Assembly: GCA_027001995.1 (NCBI GenBank)
Contig: JALTLO010000019.1
Span: 13,334 to 48,863 of the forward strand
DNA: 35,530 bases
Direction: 5' to 3'
Origin: Planctomycetota bacterium
GTDB lineage: Bacteria; Planctomycetota; GCA-002687715; DRQF01
Shown here: in pieces, positions 17,312 to 26,742 of the stretch
Position numbering within the stretch: the first letter of the stretch is position 1
Layout of the letters: every line of letters begins with the position of its first letter
Notes under the pieces: model-generated
Seen by the model: the letters and a program-made list of their open reading frames with translations, nothing else
What the model was told of the DNA's origin: nothing
The model's database searches: none
Translations under genes and position numbers: made by a program

Positions 17312-18073
17312 TCACATGCCTTCTAACAAGCGAGAACCCAAGACAGAGTCAAGTGATGAGTTTGCATTGATACGATCGACGACAGCCTGGACGTCGTAAG
17401 ATACGCGATGATAATGAATTACGCCATCGTCATATTCAACATAGCAAGATTTAATATTGCGATCTCGGGGCTGGCCCACGGACCCCACATTGATGATGTA
17501 TTTGCGTTCTGGATCGAGCTCAAAGGAATCTTCGTCCCCTTCGGGGATCAGGGTTTTCATGTCATCTGAGATGATGACAGGCAGATGGGTGTGACCCACG
17601 AAGAGAAGACGATCGACACTTTCGAAGATCGTTCTCAGCTTGCTGTCTGCATTGAAGAAGACATCCTCCCGATAAATGTATTCGTTGACCCGATCACGGG
17701 GAGATCCGTGGACGAAATAATGGTCCCCAACACGAAGATCGAGAGGCAGCTCTTCCAAGAATTTCCAGCGCTCATTATTTGCTCGTGATCGGAAGAAACC
17801 TGGTTTTAGGTTCTTCTTGGTCCATTCAATGGCATGACGAGCGTAGGGGTTAAAGCGATCGGGCCCAGAGAAAAGTGCGTCATCATGGTTGCCGCGAATG
17901 CAAAATGTACAGCGTTCCCGGACCAGGTCGATGCAGGGGCGGGGATCGGGCCCATATCCAACAACATCCCCCAAGCAATAAATGGGGTCAATCCCCCGCG
18001 CATCGATGTCTTCGAAGACCCGCGTGAGAGCATCTATGTTGCTATGTAAATCGGATATGACAGCGAAACGCAT
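17312..18073 (-). CDS. Calcineurin-like metallophosphoesterase (putative protein phosphatase)
   Basis: ISDLHSN, LGDVVGYG, RGNHD, VHGSP, GHTH, NVGSVGQPRD; AGGAG RBS upstream. Confidence 0.95.
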   Translation of the reverse strand: MRFAVISDLHSNIDALTRVFEDIDARGIDPIYCLGDVVGYGPDPRPCIDLVRERCTFCIRGNHDDALFSGPDRFNPYARHAIEWTKKNLKPGFFRSRANNERWKFLEELPLDLRVGDHYFVHGSPRDRVNEYIYREDVFFNADSKLRTIFESVDRLLFVGHTHLPVIISDDMKTLIPEGDEDSFELDPERKYIINVGSVGQPRDRNIKSCYVEYDDGVIHYHRVSYDVQAVVDRINANSSLDSVLGSRLLEGM

Positions 18074-18150
18074 ATGTCTCCTTTAACTGCTGATATCTGA
18101 GGCTAACCCCACTGAGGTGTTTGGTCCAGTAGTCAAACCATAGCAGACAT

Positions 18151-19782
18151 TCACGGGGCAGACACAAGAGGGGCGGCCAATTGATTCATCAGCAGTTGAT
18201 TCATCGAAGAATTGGGCAGGGGGCGCTGGGAGAGGCCAGCGCGAATGAGATTCAGCACATCTTCTCCGTAAGGTGCCCGGCGCAAACGTCTCAGGATATT
18301 GTTCACCCCATGCTGGATGGCGGGATTCTCTAAATCAATGGCCCCCGGAATCGGTTCGGCAATCATGAGGCGCACCAGGATAAGTCCACCGGCACAACCG
18401 GGGCTCTCTGCGCATTCACTCCAAGCGTCCGCTGCAGCCTCGATTTGCATTTTTCCCAGATAGCACTCCCCCGATGTTCCATGACAAAGCCCAGCGTTCT
18501 CCGGAACCTTGACCTTCTGGGCCCGGAGAGCCCAGGTCTCGGCTTGATCCCAAAGGCCCAGCTCCATCATCATCTCTGCACCAATTTGCCAGAATTCCGC
18601 GTCACTCTCATCGGTGCGCAAGTAACCGGTACATAACTCGATGGCCCCTTTGAAATCCCGCTGAGCAATGCGAATGCGAGCCGTCGCCTTTTGGAGGTCG
18701 GCGCAAGTTGGCCAACGAGCAGCCCCTTCTTCGAAGAGACGAATGGCCTGGTCTTTCTCGCCCATGCCAAGCAAAGAGCGGGCAATGCCAAAGACACTCC
18801 GTCCCGCGGTAATGCCTGGCTGGGCCGGCACATGAACAGGTTTTTCGTCCAGTTCATGACAGGCTTCGAAGGCTTTCTTGGCCTCAGTCCAATTCTCAAG
18901 CTTAAGGTTGAGATGACCCCAAACCCAATGGAGCATCGGTGTAACTCGCATGCGGCTTCTGGCAACTTCGAGATGACCTTGTGCTTCTTTGAGGCGTCCC
19001 AGCTTAATCAGCTCGAGAGCTAAGAGCGCATGAGGTTCTGCCGGATAGGTCAATGCGTGCACCTCCGCATCCGACATGGCCGCCACGTTCAAGACTGACT
19101 GCTCGAGAGCGTGGAGAACTGGCCCCATGTCCTCAAACCGGCGCAGGAAGTCGCCATACTTGAACCAGACGTAGGCATCATGAGGATTTTTTTCTAAGGC
19201 TTTCTCAAAGTGAAGACGGTTACGAGCGTCCTTCTTCTTGTCTTGGCGCACCGCTTCCGTATAGCCGTAATGGTCAATATCAAGGACGCTGTCGACAACG
19301 CGCATGCCGAGCTTTTGCCCATTATCTAGAATGGGCGTGATGACCTGCTCGTGAATTGCTCCGGTGAAAATATGCTCCGGCATACGCCTAAAAAGGCGCA
19401 TGATAAGACAACTCACCTTTTTGCCATCATCCCCGTGGTTGACAATATTCTGAAAGCCAGCAATGGCGTTTTCGTCGTCCACCACGCGACTAAACTCTTC
19501 GAGGGAATCTGGTCGCAATACTTCATCCGCATCAAGCACCAAGACCCAATCCCCCGTGGCCATGGCCAAAGAATGGTTTCTTGCTTCAGCAAAATCATCT
19601 GGCCAAGCAATTTCCTCGATGCGGGCACCATGAGACTTGGCGATCGAAATCGTAGCGTCGGTGGATCCGGTGTCCACAATGCAAATCTCATCGACGTAAG
19701 GCTTTGCGGCAGAAAGACAACGGTCAAGGTTGTCTTCCTCGTCCCTGACGATCATGCACAGAGACACTCTTGATTGACGCAT
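18151..19782 (-). CDS. GT2-family glycosyltransferase with C-terminal TPR repeats
   Basis: SLCMIVRDEE, VDTGSTD, DDFAEARN, LDADE, GAIHEQ, HYGY, followed by TPR-like helices. Start placed at ATG 19782 (AAGGAG upstream). Confidence 0.92.
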   Translation of the reverse strand: MRQSRVSLCMIVRDEEDNLDRCLSAAKPYVDEICIVDTGSTDATISIAKSHGARIEEIAWPDDFAEARNHSLAMATGDWVLVLDADEVLRPDSLEEFSRVVDDENAIAGFQNIVNHGDDGKKVSCLIMRLFRRMPEHIFTGAIHEQVITPILDNGQKLGMRVVDSVLDIDHYGYTEAVRQDKKKDARNRLHFEKALEKNPHDAYVWFKYGDFLRRFEDMGPVLHALEQSVLNVAAMSDAEVHALTYPAEPHALLALELIKLGRLKEAQGHLEVARSRMRVTPMLHWVWGHLNLKLENWTEAKKAFEACHELDEKPVHVPAQPGITAGRSVFGIARSLLGMGEKDQAIRLFEEGAARWPTCADLQKATARIRIAQRDFKGAIELCTGYLRTDESDAEFWQIGAEMMMELGLWDQAETWALRAQKVKVPENAGLCHGTSGECYLGKMQIEAAADAWSECAESPGCAGGLILVRLMIAEPIPGAIDLENPAIQHGVNNILRRLRRAPYGEDVLNLIRAGLSQRPLPNSSMNQLLMNQLAAPLVSAP

Positions 19783-20130
19783 GGGGCGGACCCTCTCCTT
19801 GGTTTTCCAGCTCTGCATCTTTATCGGATGAATGATCATGCAATCTTTACTGAGACTGGTTGGGAAATGGGAGTCGCTCAACCTGGGAGCACCATCATGG
19901 GAGATGTCCACCCGGTACCAACTATACCAACAAGGGCAAAAAGGAAGGAACGCCCACTGGCACAGCCGTTTCCAACTTTCCCCAAAGAACTCAATATGAA
20001 CCGCCTGTATAGATTTCGTTCTCGACCAAGCAGATTCTTCTCGACTTTGCCTCTGGGCTCAATATGATTGGTGGGTCGCTTTCCATGCTCCCAAGAAACT
20101 TAATTTCCGCGCTTGCCAGAGATCATTCCT

Positions 20131-22050
20131 ATGAGAACGTATTCTCGTCATCGCGTGAAATACTTCGGACTATTCATGTTCGTGGTCATGATCCCGGCAC
20201 TTATCTACCTACCCTCCTGGATCGATAGGCCAGCGCCCATAATGAGTGCGGCTGGGGCTGAAGGGTACAACAACCAAGTTGCTTACCTTCTGAGCTTGGC
20301 CTGGATTATTTCGGGAACAGCCGGTGCTTGGTTTCTTTCGCGAGGTGAAGATAGCTCCGCCAGTCCAGCTCCTGAGACAATCGTCGAAAAGCCGACGTTG
20401 ACCTCCAGAAGAACTTTCACCTTCCTCGTCACTCTAGCTGTGTGTCTTTTGTACTTTCCTCCTGCCCTGGCAGAAAAAGGCCCTATGTTAGAGGAGTGCA
20501 TTCATCTCACAGCGATTCAACGCATGTTGGGTGGGGACGTCCCTTACCGGGACTTCGAATTTCTTTACGGCCCACTCATGCTCTACCCAGCCTATTGGTG
20601 GGTTTCATTGACATCATTTTCACTCACGGCCTTTTACTTCTACGTCGCTGGGTTAGAGCTCCTTGTCTTCTTGCTCCTCCTGCGACCGTTCCAGAAACGA
20701 GTCCCCTCACCCTGGATTCGCATGGGAGCATTCTTGCTGCTCGCAAGCCTTTGCTTCAACACGATGTTGGGTCCAAACCAAAACGGTCTGAGAAAGCTCG
20801 TTGGCATCCTTCTTCTCTTTGGGGCGGCCCAACACCCCTTCAACCGAAGCCTTTGGATTCTTCACGGAATCATCCTGGGGGCCTTGTTTAGCTATTCACA
20901 AGATTTCGGTGCCGCAACGGCCCTGGGGTTCGCCGGGATTTACGGCACGATAGTTGCCAAGCAGCACAGCAAGGATGCCGCCCTTGGCTTACTAACCATC
21001 GCCCTTTTCTCTGCCACCACGTGGGTGGCCCTCGTTGGCGTCTTGCTTGGTCCCGCCACACCCTCCTACTTCGAGTCCTTGCGCTATCTCACCGGACAAT
21101 TCAACAATGGTGAAGCAGCATTCCGTTTCTATTGGACTGCCAATAGTCTCGCTGTTTTCGGACTTCTCACTTTAGCTATCTGCTTTACCGGCCGTGTTAT
21201 CAGGGCTCGCTGGAAGGAAACCGCGGGAGCCAAGGAATTGCTCATCATTGGGGGCTTAGCCTATGCTGCCGTGATGTTGAAGAGCGGACTCAGCCGTGCG
21301 GATCAATGGCATCTTGATCCGGGGATCATGGCCCTGGCCTTAGCCTTTCTCTTGCCTCTGCCCAGTCGAATCCTTAGACCCATGCCGCGGTTCCAGAGTT
21401 TCTTAGGCATCGGGTGCATCGCCGTCATTGCACTGACATACTCTTTCGGCCAACTGCACATGGCCAAGTATGTCTTCAAGAAAGGGCTCATAGGAGGTTA
21501 CGTACAGCTAAGCCAAGAAAAGGCCAACTTCGCCCCGATGAAGCCCTCACCTCAAGCCCCATTCTTAGAACGAAAAGTTCGTCAGCCAAAAAGTGAGCTT
21601 GGCCGCTTGGCCAGATTCATGGCCATGACTTCAGTGAGAGAGCGGCCAGTCGTCGCCTACGGCCGCACTTGGGGTGTCCCCATGTGTATAGGGGTGAAGA
21701 AGACTGGATATTTGACAGACAACTACATCTACGGCGACGAAAGAGGGCAGAGATTGCAAATGCTCCTCAAGGAGAATCCAAACATCTTGGTTCTCATAGA
21801 TCGTGCTACCTTCGATTGGCTCCAAGGAAAACGCGACTTAGAATCAATCCAACCCGATCACAACTTGGCCGGATTCGGAATTCAAAAAGAACTCCGAGAA
21901 ATTCTCAGTTCCGTTCACATCCGTAGCCTTGCAACGGAGAATCGCCTCCTTGATCTTCGCTGGCGCAAGCTCATCGGCAACTATGTCATCAAAAATTATG
22001 AGGCTGTCTATCAGTCGAAGAGCTATGTTGTTCTTCAGAGAAAGCCCTAA
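20131..22050 (+). CDS. Polytopic membrane protein, probable GT-C fold glycosyltransferase
   Basis: About 12-13 TM segments, acidic pair in GPMLEE, loop GDVPYRDFEFLYGPL, and a C-terminal soluble domain. Confidence 0.6.
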   Translation: MRTYSRHRVKYFGLFMFVVMIPALIYLPSWIDRPAPIMSAAGAEGYNNQVAYLLSLAWIISGTAGAWFLSRGEDSSASPAPETIVEKPTLTSRRTFTFLVTLAVCLLYFPPALAEKGPMLEECIHLTAIQRMLGGDVPYRDFEFLYGPLMLYPAYWWVSLTSFSLTAFYFYVAGLELLVFLLLLRPFQKRVPSPWIRMGAFLLLASLCFNTMLGPNQNGLRKLVGILLLFGAAQHPFNRSLWILHGIILGALFSYSQDFGAATALGFAGIYGTIVAKQHSKDAALGLLTIALFSATTWVALVGVLLGPATPSYFESLRYLTGQFNNGEAAFRFYWTANSLAVFGLLTLAICFTGRVIRARWKETAGAKELLIIGGLAYAAVMLKSGLSRADQWHLDPGIMALALAFLLPLPSRILRPMPRFQSFLGIGCIAVIALTYSFGQLHMAKYVFKKGLIGGYVQLSQEKANFAPMKPSPQAPFLERKVRQPKSELGRLARFMAMTSVRERPVVAYGRTWGVPMCIGVKKTGYLTDNYIYGDERGQRLQMLLKENPNILVLIDRATFDWLQGKRDLESIQPDHNLAGFGIQKELREILSSVHIRSLATENRLLDLRWRKLIGNYVIKNYEAVYQSKSYVVLQRKP

Positions 22051-22246
22051 CTTTCCTTCTAACCCAGTGCTATTGCAACGATCTTCACAATGATTCCATC
22101 TGGTCCACCCCCCTTGCTACCACTTGGAAAGAAGTACGGTGGTGAAGTGATGGACCCTCGGTCGCCCTATCAGTTAAAGGCGAAATTAAGTCGCCCGTAT
22201 GATTCACTTCGGTTGCTTCAGATTTCATCTCGCACAACTGCGCCGC

Positions 22247-22297
22247 CATGGTACAAAACGTTTCCTTATTCAAATAAAACAGACATTTCGTACCACG
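22247..22297. promoter_or_regulatory. Imperfect inverted repeat, probable AbiEi autoregulatory operator
   Basis: Arms TGGTACAAAACGTTT (22249-22263) and AGACATTTCGTACCA (22281-22295) are 12/15 complementary. They lie immediately before the abiEi relic. Confidence 0.6.
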
Positions 22298-22800
22298 CTC
22301 AACAAAATAGACCTGATCAAGGAACTCGGAAAACGCCAAGGTGTCATGCGCCCAAAGATTTGAACCCATGAGGGATTCCGAGAAGTTATCTCTCAAGGCT
22401 ATGCAATCGCAAAGTGCTGACCCGCATCGGACGTGGACTTTAGCAATTCAATGACCGTGCCATGACTGAAAACACAGCCTGGTGGAAGCTGCCAAACGTC
22501 TGCCCCACGGAGCTGTCTGCCTGATTTCAGCGCTCCAGTTCCACAACTTGGGAACACAAGCACCATTCGAGGTCTGGATGGCCATCGCCAATGATGCTCG
22601 AAAACCCAAGGCCGACCATCTCCACTCCGAATCATGAGAATGTCCGGCGAAACCTACTCAAGCGGACTCAAAGAACACATGATCGAAGGAGTCAAAGTCC
22701 GAATTTATGAGCCGCCCAAGACGGTGGTTGATTGCTTCAGATTCCGCAACAAAATCGGGCTGGATGTTGCGCTGGAAGCACTCAAGGCATTTCAAGAAAC
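22295..22800 (+). pseudogene. AbiEi-family type IV antitoxin pseudogene
   Basis: Reconstructed across frameshifts and stops (TGA 22369, TAG 22441): LIKELGKRQGVMRP/KDLNP*GIPRSYLSRLCNRKVLTRIGRGL*.../SLVEAAKRLPHGAVCLISALQFHNLGTQAPFEVWMAI.../PLRIMRMSG...IEGVKVRIYEPPKTVVDCFRFRNKIGLDVALEALK. The C-terminus is missing. Confidence 0.88.
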
Positions 22801-22950
22801 GCACCAACCAAGCTGCATCCGTCCGCAAGCGACTTCTGAATCTCTCACAGGACCGAGGCGAAGAATTTCAATTCCTCTTGACACAATTCGCTCTTGAGCG
22901 GCTGCTATCACGACTTTTCAGAATCAGAGCACGCGGAGCGGTTTGTGTTA
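22800..22950 (+). pseudogene. N-terminal remnant of an AbiEii-family nucleotidyltransferase toxin
   Basis: TNQAASVRKRLLNLSQDRGEEFQFLLTQFALERLLSRL matches the typical AbiEii N-terminus, then is lost before the catalytic KG motif. Confidence 0.8.
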
Positions 22951-22962
22951 GAGAGCGTGATC

Positions 22963-23796
22963 TCATGAATCAGTCGGGCTCGGGTGGTAGCGCCCCAACA
23001 CCGCGGCAAACAGCTCTAAAAGTAACTTCATCTTGCCACCGATACCCTTGATTTTCGTCGGTGTTTCTTCGTTCTTTGGATAAACTCGCGTGACACCCAC
23101 CTCTGTCACTTTGAAGCCGAGCTGGGTCGCTCGAATCGACAGATAAAACAGCAGGTTGTAGGACTGAAACAAGTCTCTAAATGGCTTCACGCCCGGGTGT
23201 TGCAAATAGGAAGCCCGATAGCCGCGAAAACCGTTCGTGGTGTCAGTAAACCAGTGACGGGCAGCTAAGCTAATAGCCGGCGCGTGAATAAAACGCCCGG
23301 CAAACCATCTGGAGAAGGGCGTATTCTTTGCCAATCCTCCTGGTGCGTAACGGGAGCCCTGAACATAACCACACCCCCCCTCGAGTTGTTCTACGATGGC
23401 TTCAACGCCTTTGACGTCGTCTTTGCCATTCCCGTCGATGGTGACAATACCTTCATAACCTTCTTGAAGGGCCCAGGCATAAGCCATTCTCAATTGGGCG
23501 CTCAACTTGCCCTCCCCAGTTTTTGTCAAACAAGCTCGCACTTCTACTTCTTCCAAGAAGTCCCGGTTCAGAGAACCATCCGTTGACCCCCCATCAGCGA
23601 TCACCACATCGATGGAATTGGGTAGATCAAAAATCGCATACAGCTGTCTCTGAATCCTCTTACCTTCATTGATGACAGGGATCACCAAAACAAACTTCGA
23701 TTCCTTTGGCTTAAGGACTAGAGTGTCGAAGGTTGGTAGTTGCCAATCATCGGGGTAGTTATGCATGAAATCAGTCCCTATAAATGCTGAAGGCAA
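22963..23796 (-). CDS. GT2 glycosyltransferase, DPM1/polyprenol-phosphate glycosyltransferase-like
   Basis: LVIPVINEG, IADGGSTDGS, TIDGNGKDD, YVQGSRY, DTTNGFRGY. The real start may be the downstream Met (MHNYPD). Confidence 0.92.
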   Translation of the reverse strand: MPSAFIGTDFMHNYPDDWQLPTFDTLVLKPKESKFVLVIPVINEGKRIQRQLYAIFDLPNSIDVVIADGGSTDGSLNRDFLEEVEVRACLTKTGEGKLSAQLRMAYAWALQEGYEGIVTIDGNGKDDVKGVEAIVEQLEGGCGYVQGSRYAPGGLAKNTPFSRWFAGRFIHAPAISLAARHWFTDTTNGFRGYRASYLQHPGVKPFRDLFQSYNLLFYLSIRATQLGFKVTEVGVTRVYPKNEETPTKIKGIGGKMKLLLELFAAVLGRYHPSPTDS

Positions 23797-24590
23797 GTGG
23801 CGATAGAAGGCATAAGCGCGTCGAAGTTCTGACGCATCTCAATAGAGATCCATTTCTGCCAACCTCTTCTGCCTAGGGCATCCAAGAAAACCCCCACCTC
23901 CCTGGCATGGGGAGTGATCTCCTCTAAGTAGGGAGCACTCACATGAACATGATGAACAAGGTGGAAGGCCTCATCCAAAAGGTCATCAATCTTAGAAATC
24001 TCTCCCGTCATGATCATAGCACCCAAGTCGAGATTCAAGAGAATGGCCGGATGCTCAACGTCATTGATAACAGCCATAGTATCAATCAGCGTGTTCATAA
24101 AGTTCGTCCCATAGGGGGCGGGATTGGGTTCCAAGGCAACCACGACGCCATGGGATCTGGCCACGTCTCCGATGGCTCTCAAACTCTTCCGCCACATCTT
24201 CTTGGCTAGATCAAATTCCATGCCGTCGGGGATCCCTCTTTGTTTCGGCGAACCTAAAACCAGATTCGGAATATCCAAGCGGCTTGCCAACTCAATAGCT
24301 CCGGTCATCGTTGAAAGGAAGATTGCCTGCCCATGAGAATCGCCGAACAACTGGGCCTGAGGAGCACCAAAAAGAAGGGACTGCATGGAGACAAGTTGCA
24401 GACCAAATCGAGAGGCTTGGTCTTTGGCTTGGGCGCAAGCCGACATGTCCGCCTTGAGAGGATCAACTTGGCCAGGCAGAAGGAGCCCGGGCGCAATCTC
24501 AAGGCCCGCCACGCCCTGGTCCCGGAGGAGGGCGTAAGCTTTGTCCTGGTCGTTGGCATCCCAGGCGATGTTCGAAACTGCAAGCTTCAT
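23778..24590 (-). CDS. Sugar-phosphate isomerase/epimerase (xylose isomerase-like TIM barrel)
   Basis: MKLAVSNIAW, GLEIAP, LVLGSPKQR, ALEPNP, NLDLG, HHVHVS, WISIEM; ATGA overlap with the upstream gene. Confidence 0.88.
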   Translation of the reverse strand: MKLAVSNIAWDANDQDKAYALLRDQGVAGLEIAPGLLLPGQVDPLKADMSACAQAKDQASRFGLQLVSMQSLLFGAPQAQLFGDSHGQAIFLSTMTGAIELASRLDIPNLVLGSPKQRGIPDGMEFDLAKKMWRKSLRAIGDVARSHGVVVALEPNPAPYGTNFMNTLIDTMAVINDVEHPAILLNLDLGAMIMTGEISKIDDLLDEAFHLVHHVHVSAPYLEEITPHAREVGVFLDALGRRGWQKWISIEMRQNFDALMPSIATCLQHL

Positions 24591-25531
24591 ATCTGACCTT
24601 CCGCAAATTCTTTGATACCAGCCAAGACTTCATCCCGGCTGCAAAGATAGCCACTCTTAGACCCCCAATGAGAGGCGTGAGCACTTCGCAGATCTTGCAC
24701 CACAGGCTGAGCCTCCCCTGCGTCCATTTCTTCACCTGTCAAGGTGAAAAAGATCTCACCGGCGGATACGGGCGCCGTCACCAGATTCATCAGGTTCACC
24801 CCAAGTTCGAAAGCAATTTCAATATCGGACCAAAGACGCGACAGATCGTAAAACTGATACTGACTCTTGGCATTGGTGAAAACGAGAGACGTCGTCCCAG
24901 TTCGATGACAGATTGCCTTGAGGACCTCAGCCTCAGGCCCGGAGGAAAACTCTGCCCGATCAAAATGAAACATGCCCGTATCAGAGTTCTTTCGAAACGC
25001 CCGGCGCAAAAGTTCCTTTTTCCTCCCCTCCGCCGCTTCTAACAGTCCGTTAAAAAGTTCAGGTTTGAGAAATGAAGGCACGGGATTGAGAACATCAAAG
25101 ATGAAGTTCTTCTTCAAGCCAACACCAAAAAGTGCTGGAAGGCGCACGATCAAGCAGTTGGCAAAACGTTCCTGAAACAAGCACTCCAGCTCCCGACGAT
25201 TGCGCCCATACCCAAGCACAGTTTCGAAATCGGAATTCCTCTCGTCTTGTCCAAGAGAAGGGTCCCGATAGACAGCGATTGTCGAAATGAGAACAACACG
25301 ATGGACTTCAACACTCTCGAGGCAATCAAACATCCGACGGATGTTCTGGCGGTCGGCTTCCGGTTCTTTATTGCCCATCCACATGGCGCCAGGAGCCCCG
25401 GAGACAACCAGGGTTTCAAACTTCTTTCCGAAAATCTCATCGATATTCTTAGAGTTATACCTTGCGGCGAATTCCTTCTGGCTCGCCAGATTGCCGCCGA
25501 CAAAACCTGTGTGTCCGATCAAGCCATCCAT
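24587..25531 (-). CDS. NAD-dependent epimerase/dehydratase family protein
   Basis: LIGHTGFVGGNL Rossmann motif, LISTIAVY, YGRNRRELE, IVRLPALFG. Start placed at ATG 25531 (GAAGGA upstream). Confidence 0.88.
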   Translation of the reverse strand: MDGLIGHTGFVGGNLASQKEFAARYNSKNIDEIFGKKFETLVVSGAPGAMWMGNKEPEADRQNIRRMFDCLESVEVHRVVLISTIAVYRDPSLGQDERNSDFETVLGYGRNRRELECLFQERFANCLIVRLPALFGVGLKKNFIFDVLNPVPSFLKPELFNGLLEAAEGRKKELLRRAFRKNSDTGMFHFDRAEFSSGPEAEVLKAICHRTGTTSLVFTNAKSQYQFYDLSRLWSDIEIAFELGVNLMNLVTAPVSAGEIFFTLTGEEMDAGEAQPVVQDLRSAHASHWGSKSGYLCSRDEVLAGIKEFAEGQI

Positions 25532-25566
25532 AGGTATTCCTTCTGCTCCCGCATCACCAAGAAAAT

Positions 25567-26739
25567 TCAGAGGCGCTCCAAACAGATCGTCGACAAACGA
25601 CTCCAAGAAGAGCGCGTCTTTTTCAGTATCTCAAAGAGGTCAAAGATGTTGTCAAATTTCCCCCCTAAAACGGTAAAGAGGCCAGGTAGTTGAGCATGTT
25701 CGTTCAGCATGATGGGCCGCCCATCGTCAACCTCGTTCTTTAGCAAAACCGTCTTCACCTCGAATAAGGAGCGGTCCCAAGTGACGTCAGACATGCAAGG
25801 GAGATAACGAGCGGCGTCCTTGGCCATGTGCCGCCATCGTGTCTTTGGGTCAAGATCCTCGGCGATTCGATAGGCCGACTCGCTTTGCTCTTCATCGGTC
25901 CAAGAGGCTTGAGGGGTGTAGCGCACATGGGTGAGAGAGAATGTTTTCTCCGCTGGGAAAGGCATGATCGAGAAGAATGGTCCGTCCATGACAGTAATGC
26001 CCAATTCCCCCAGATCTGCAGGAGGCGAAACTAAGGCCACCTCTGTCAGTTCATGTTTCAGGGGATAAATCGCGAGTCCACTGTTCTTGAGGACGTGGTT
26101 GATCTGAGAATAAGTCACGTTAAAGACGTCGCCGGTAGTCAGCGTTTCACCAGACTCCAATTCCACCTCTATAGCCCCATTTTGCCGGGGCTTCAGGGAA
26201 TGCACGTCCTGTTCAAGACGTAATTCGACCCCATGAGCGCTGAGGCGTGTTCGCAAATGTGTTCTGAGTTTCTTCCAGTCAAAAGCAAATTCAGGACAAG
26301 AAAAGACCGCCTCTATGGTGCGGGAATCAAAGAGAGATTGATGAATGAGCGGAGCAGGAGAGATAGGAACACCCATGGCTTGAAACATGGATTCGAAACG
26401 ATTCGCTGACACCCGCGATTTTCTTCGGGCGATGGCATAGAGCATTTCGAACTCATCGTAGATGCACTCTTCAAACAATTCAGCAAAGCGAGGAGAATTC
26501 GCTGCTGATTGCCGAGCCGTAGAAAAATGTCGCGGATAGTGGAACCCAGAATGGACCCGGGCTTGGTTCACTGATGAAGCCCTTTCCATAAGTGTCTTCC
26601 CGCGCTCCAAGATCAGGACCCTCTGGTCGAGGCTGCGAAAAAGTAAAGCCAGGGCACAGCCATAGAATCCACCTCCAATAACGATAATATCGTAATCCGG
26701 ATTTCCTGGTGGGGCTTGGCTTATGTGAGGATCGACCAT
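25567..26739 (-). CDS. FAD-dependent oxidoreductase (DAO-like)
   Basis: IIVIGGGFYG, ILERG, ASSVNQARVHSGFHYPR, VMDGPFFS, GGKFDN. Confidence 0.9.
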   Translation of the reverse strand: MVDPHISQAPPGNPDYDIIVIGGGFYGCALALLFRSLDQRVLILERGKTLMERASSVNQARVHSGFHYPRHFSTARQSAANSPRFAELFEECIYDEFEMLYAIARRKSRVSANRFESMFQAMGVPISPAPLIHQSLFDSRTIEAVFSCPEFAFDWKKLRTHLRTRLSAHGVELRLEQDVHSLKPRQNGAIEVELESGETLTTGDVFNVTYSQINHVLKNSGLAIYPLKHELTEVALVSPPADLGELGITVMDGPFFSIMPFPAEKTFSLTHVRYTPQASWTDEEQSESAYRIAEDLDPKTRWRHMAKDAARYLPCMSDVTWDRSLFEVKTVLLKNEVDDGRPIMLNEHAQLPGLFTVLGGKFDNIFDLFEILKKTRSSWSRLSTICLERL

Positions 26740-26742
26740 TCT

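Noticed and set aside
6370..18073. T6SS PpkA/PppA/Fha regulatory module
   Set aside because: No tss/tag structural genes are in the window and the domain architectures differ.
19958..19974. Sigma54-like TGGCACAGCCGTTTCCA upstream of 20131
   Set aside because: The -24 half matches, but the invariant GC at -12 is TC.
22634..23051. ORFs 22634..22897 and 22707..23051 as intact small genes
   Set aside because: They are fragments of the frameshifted AbiEi and AbiEii relics.
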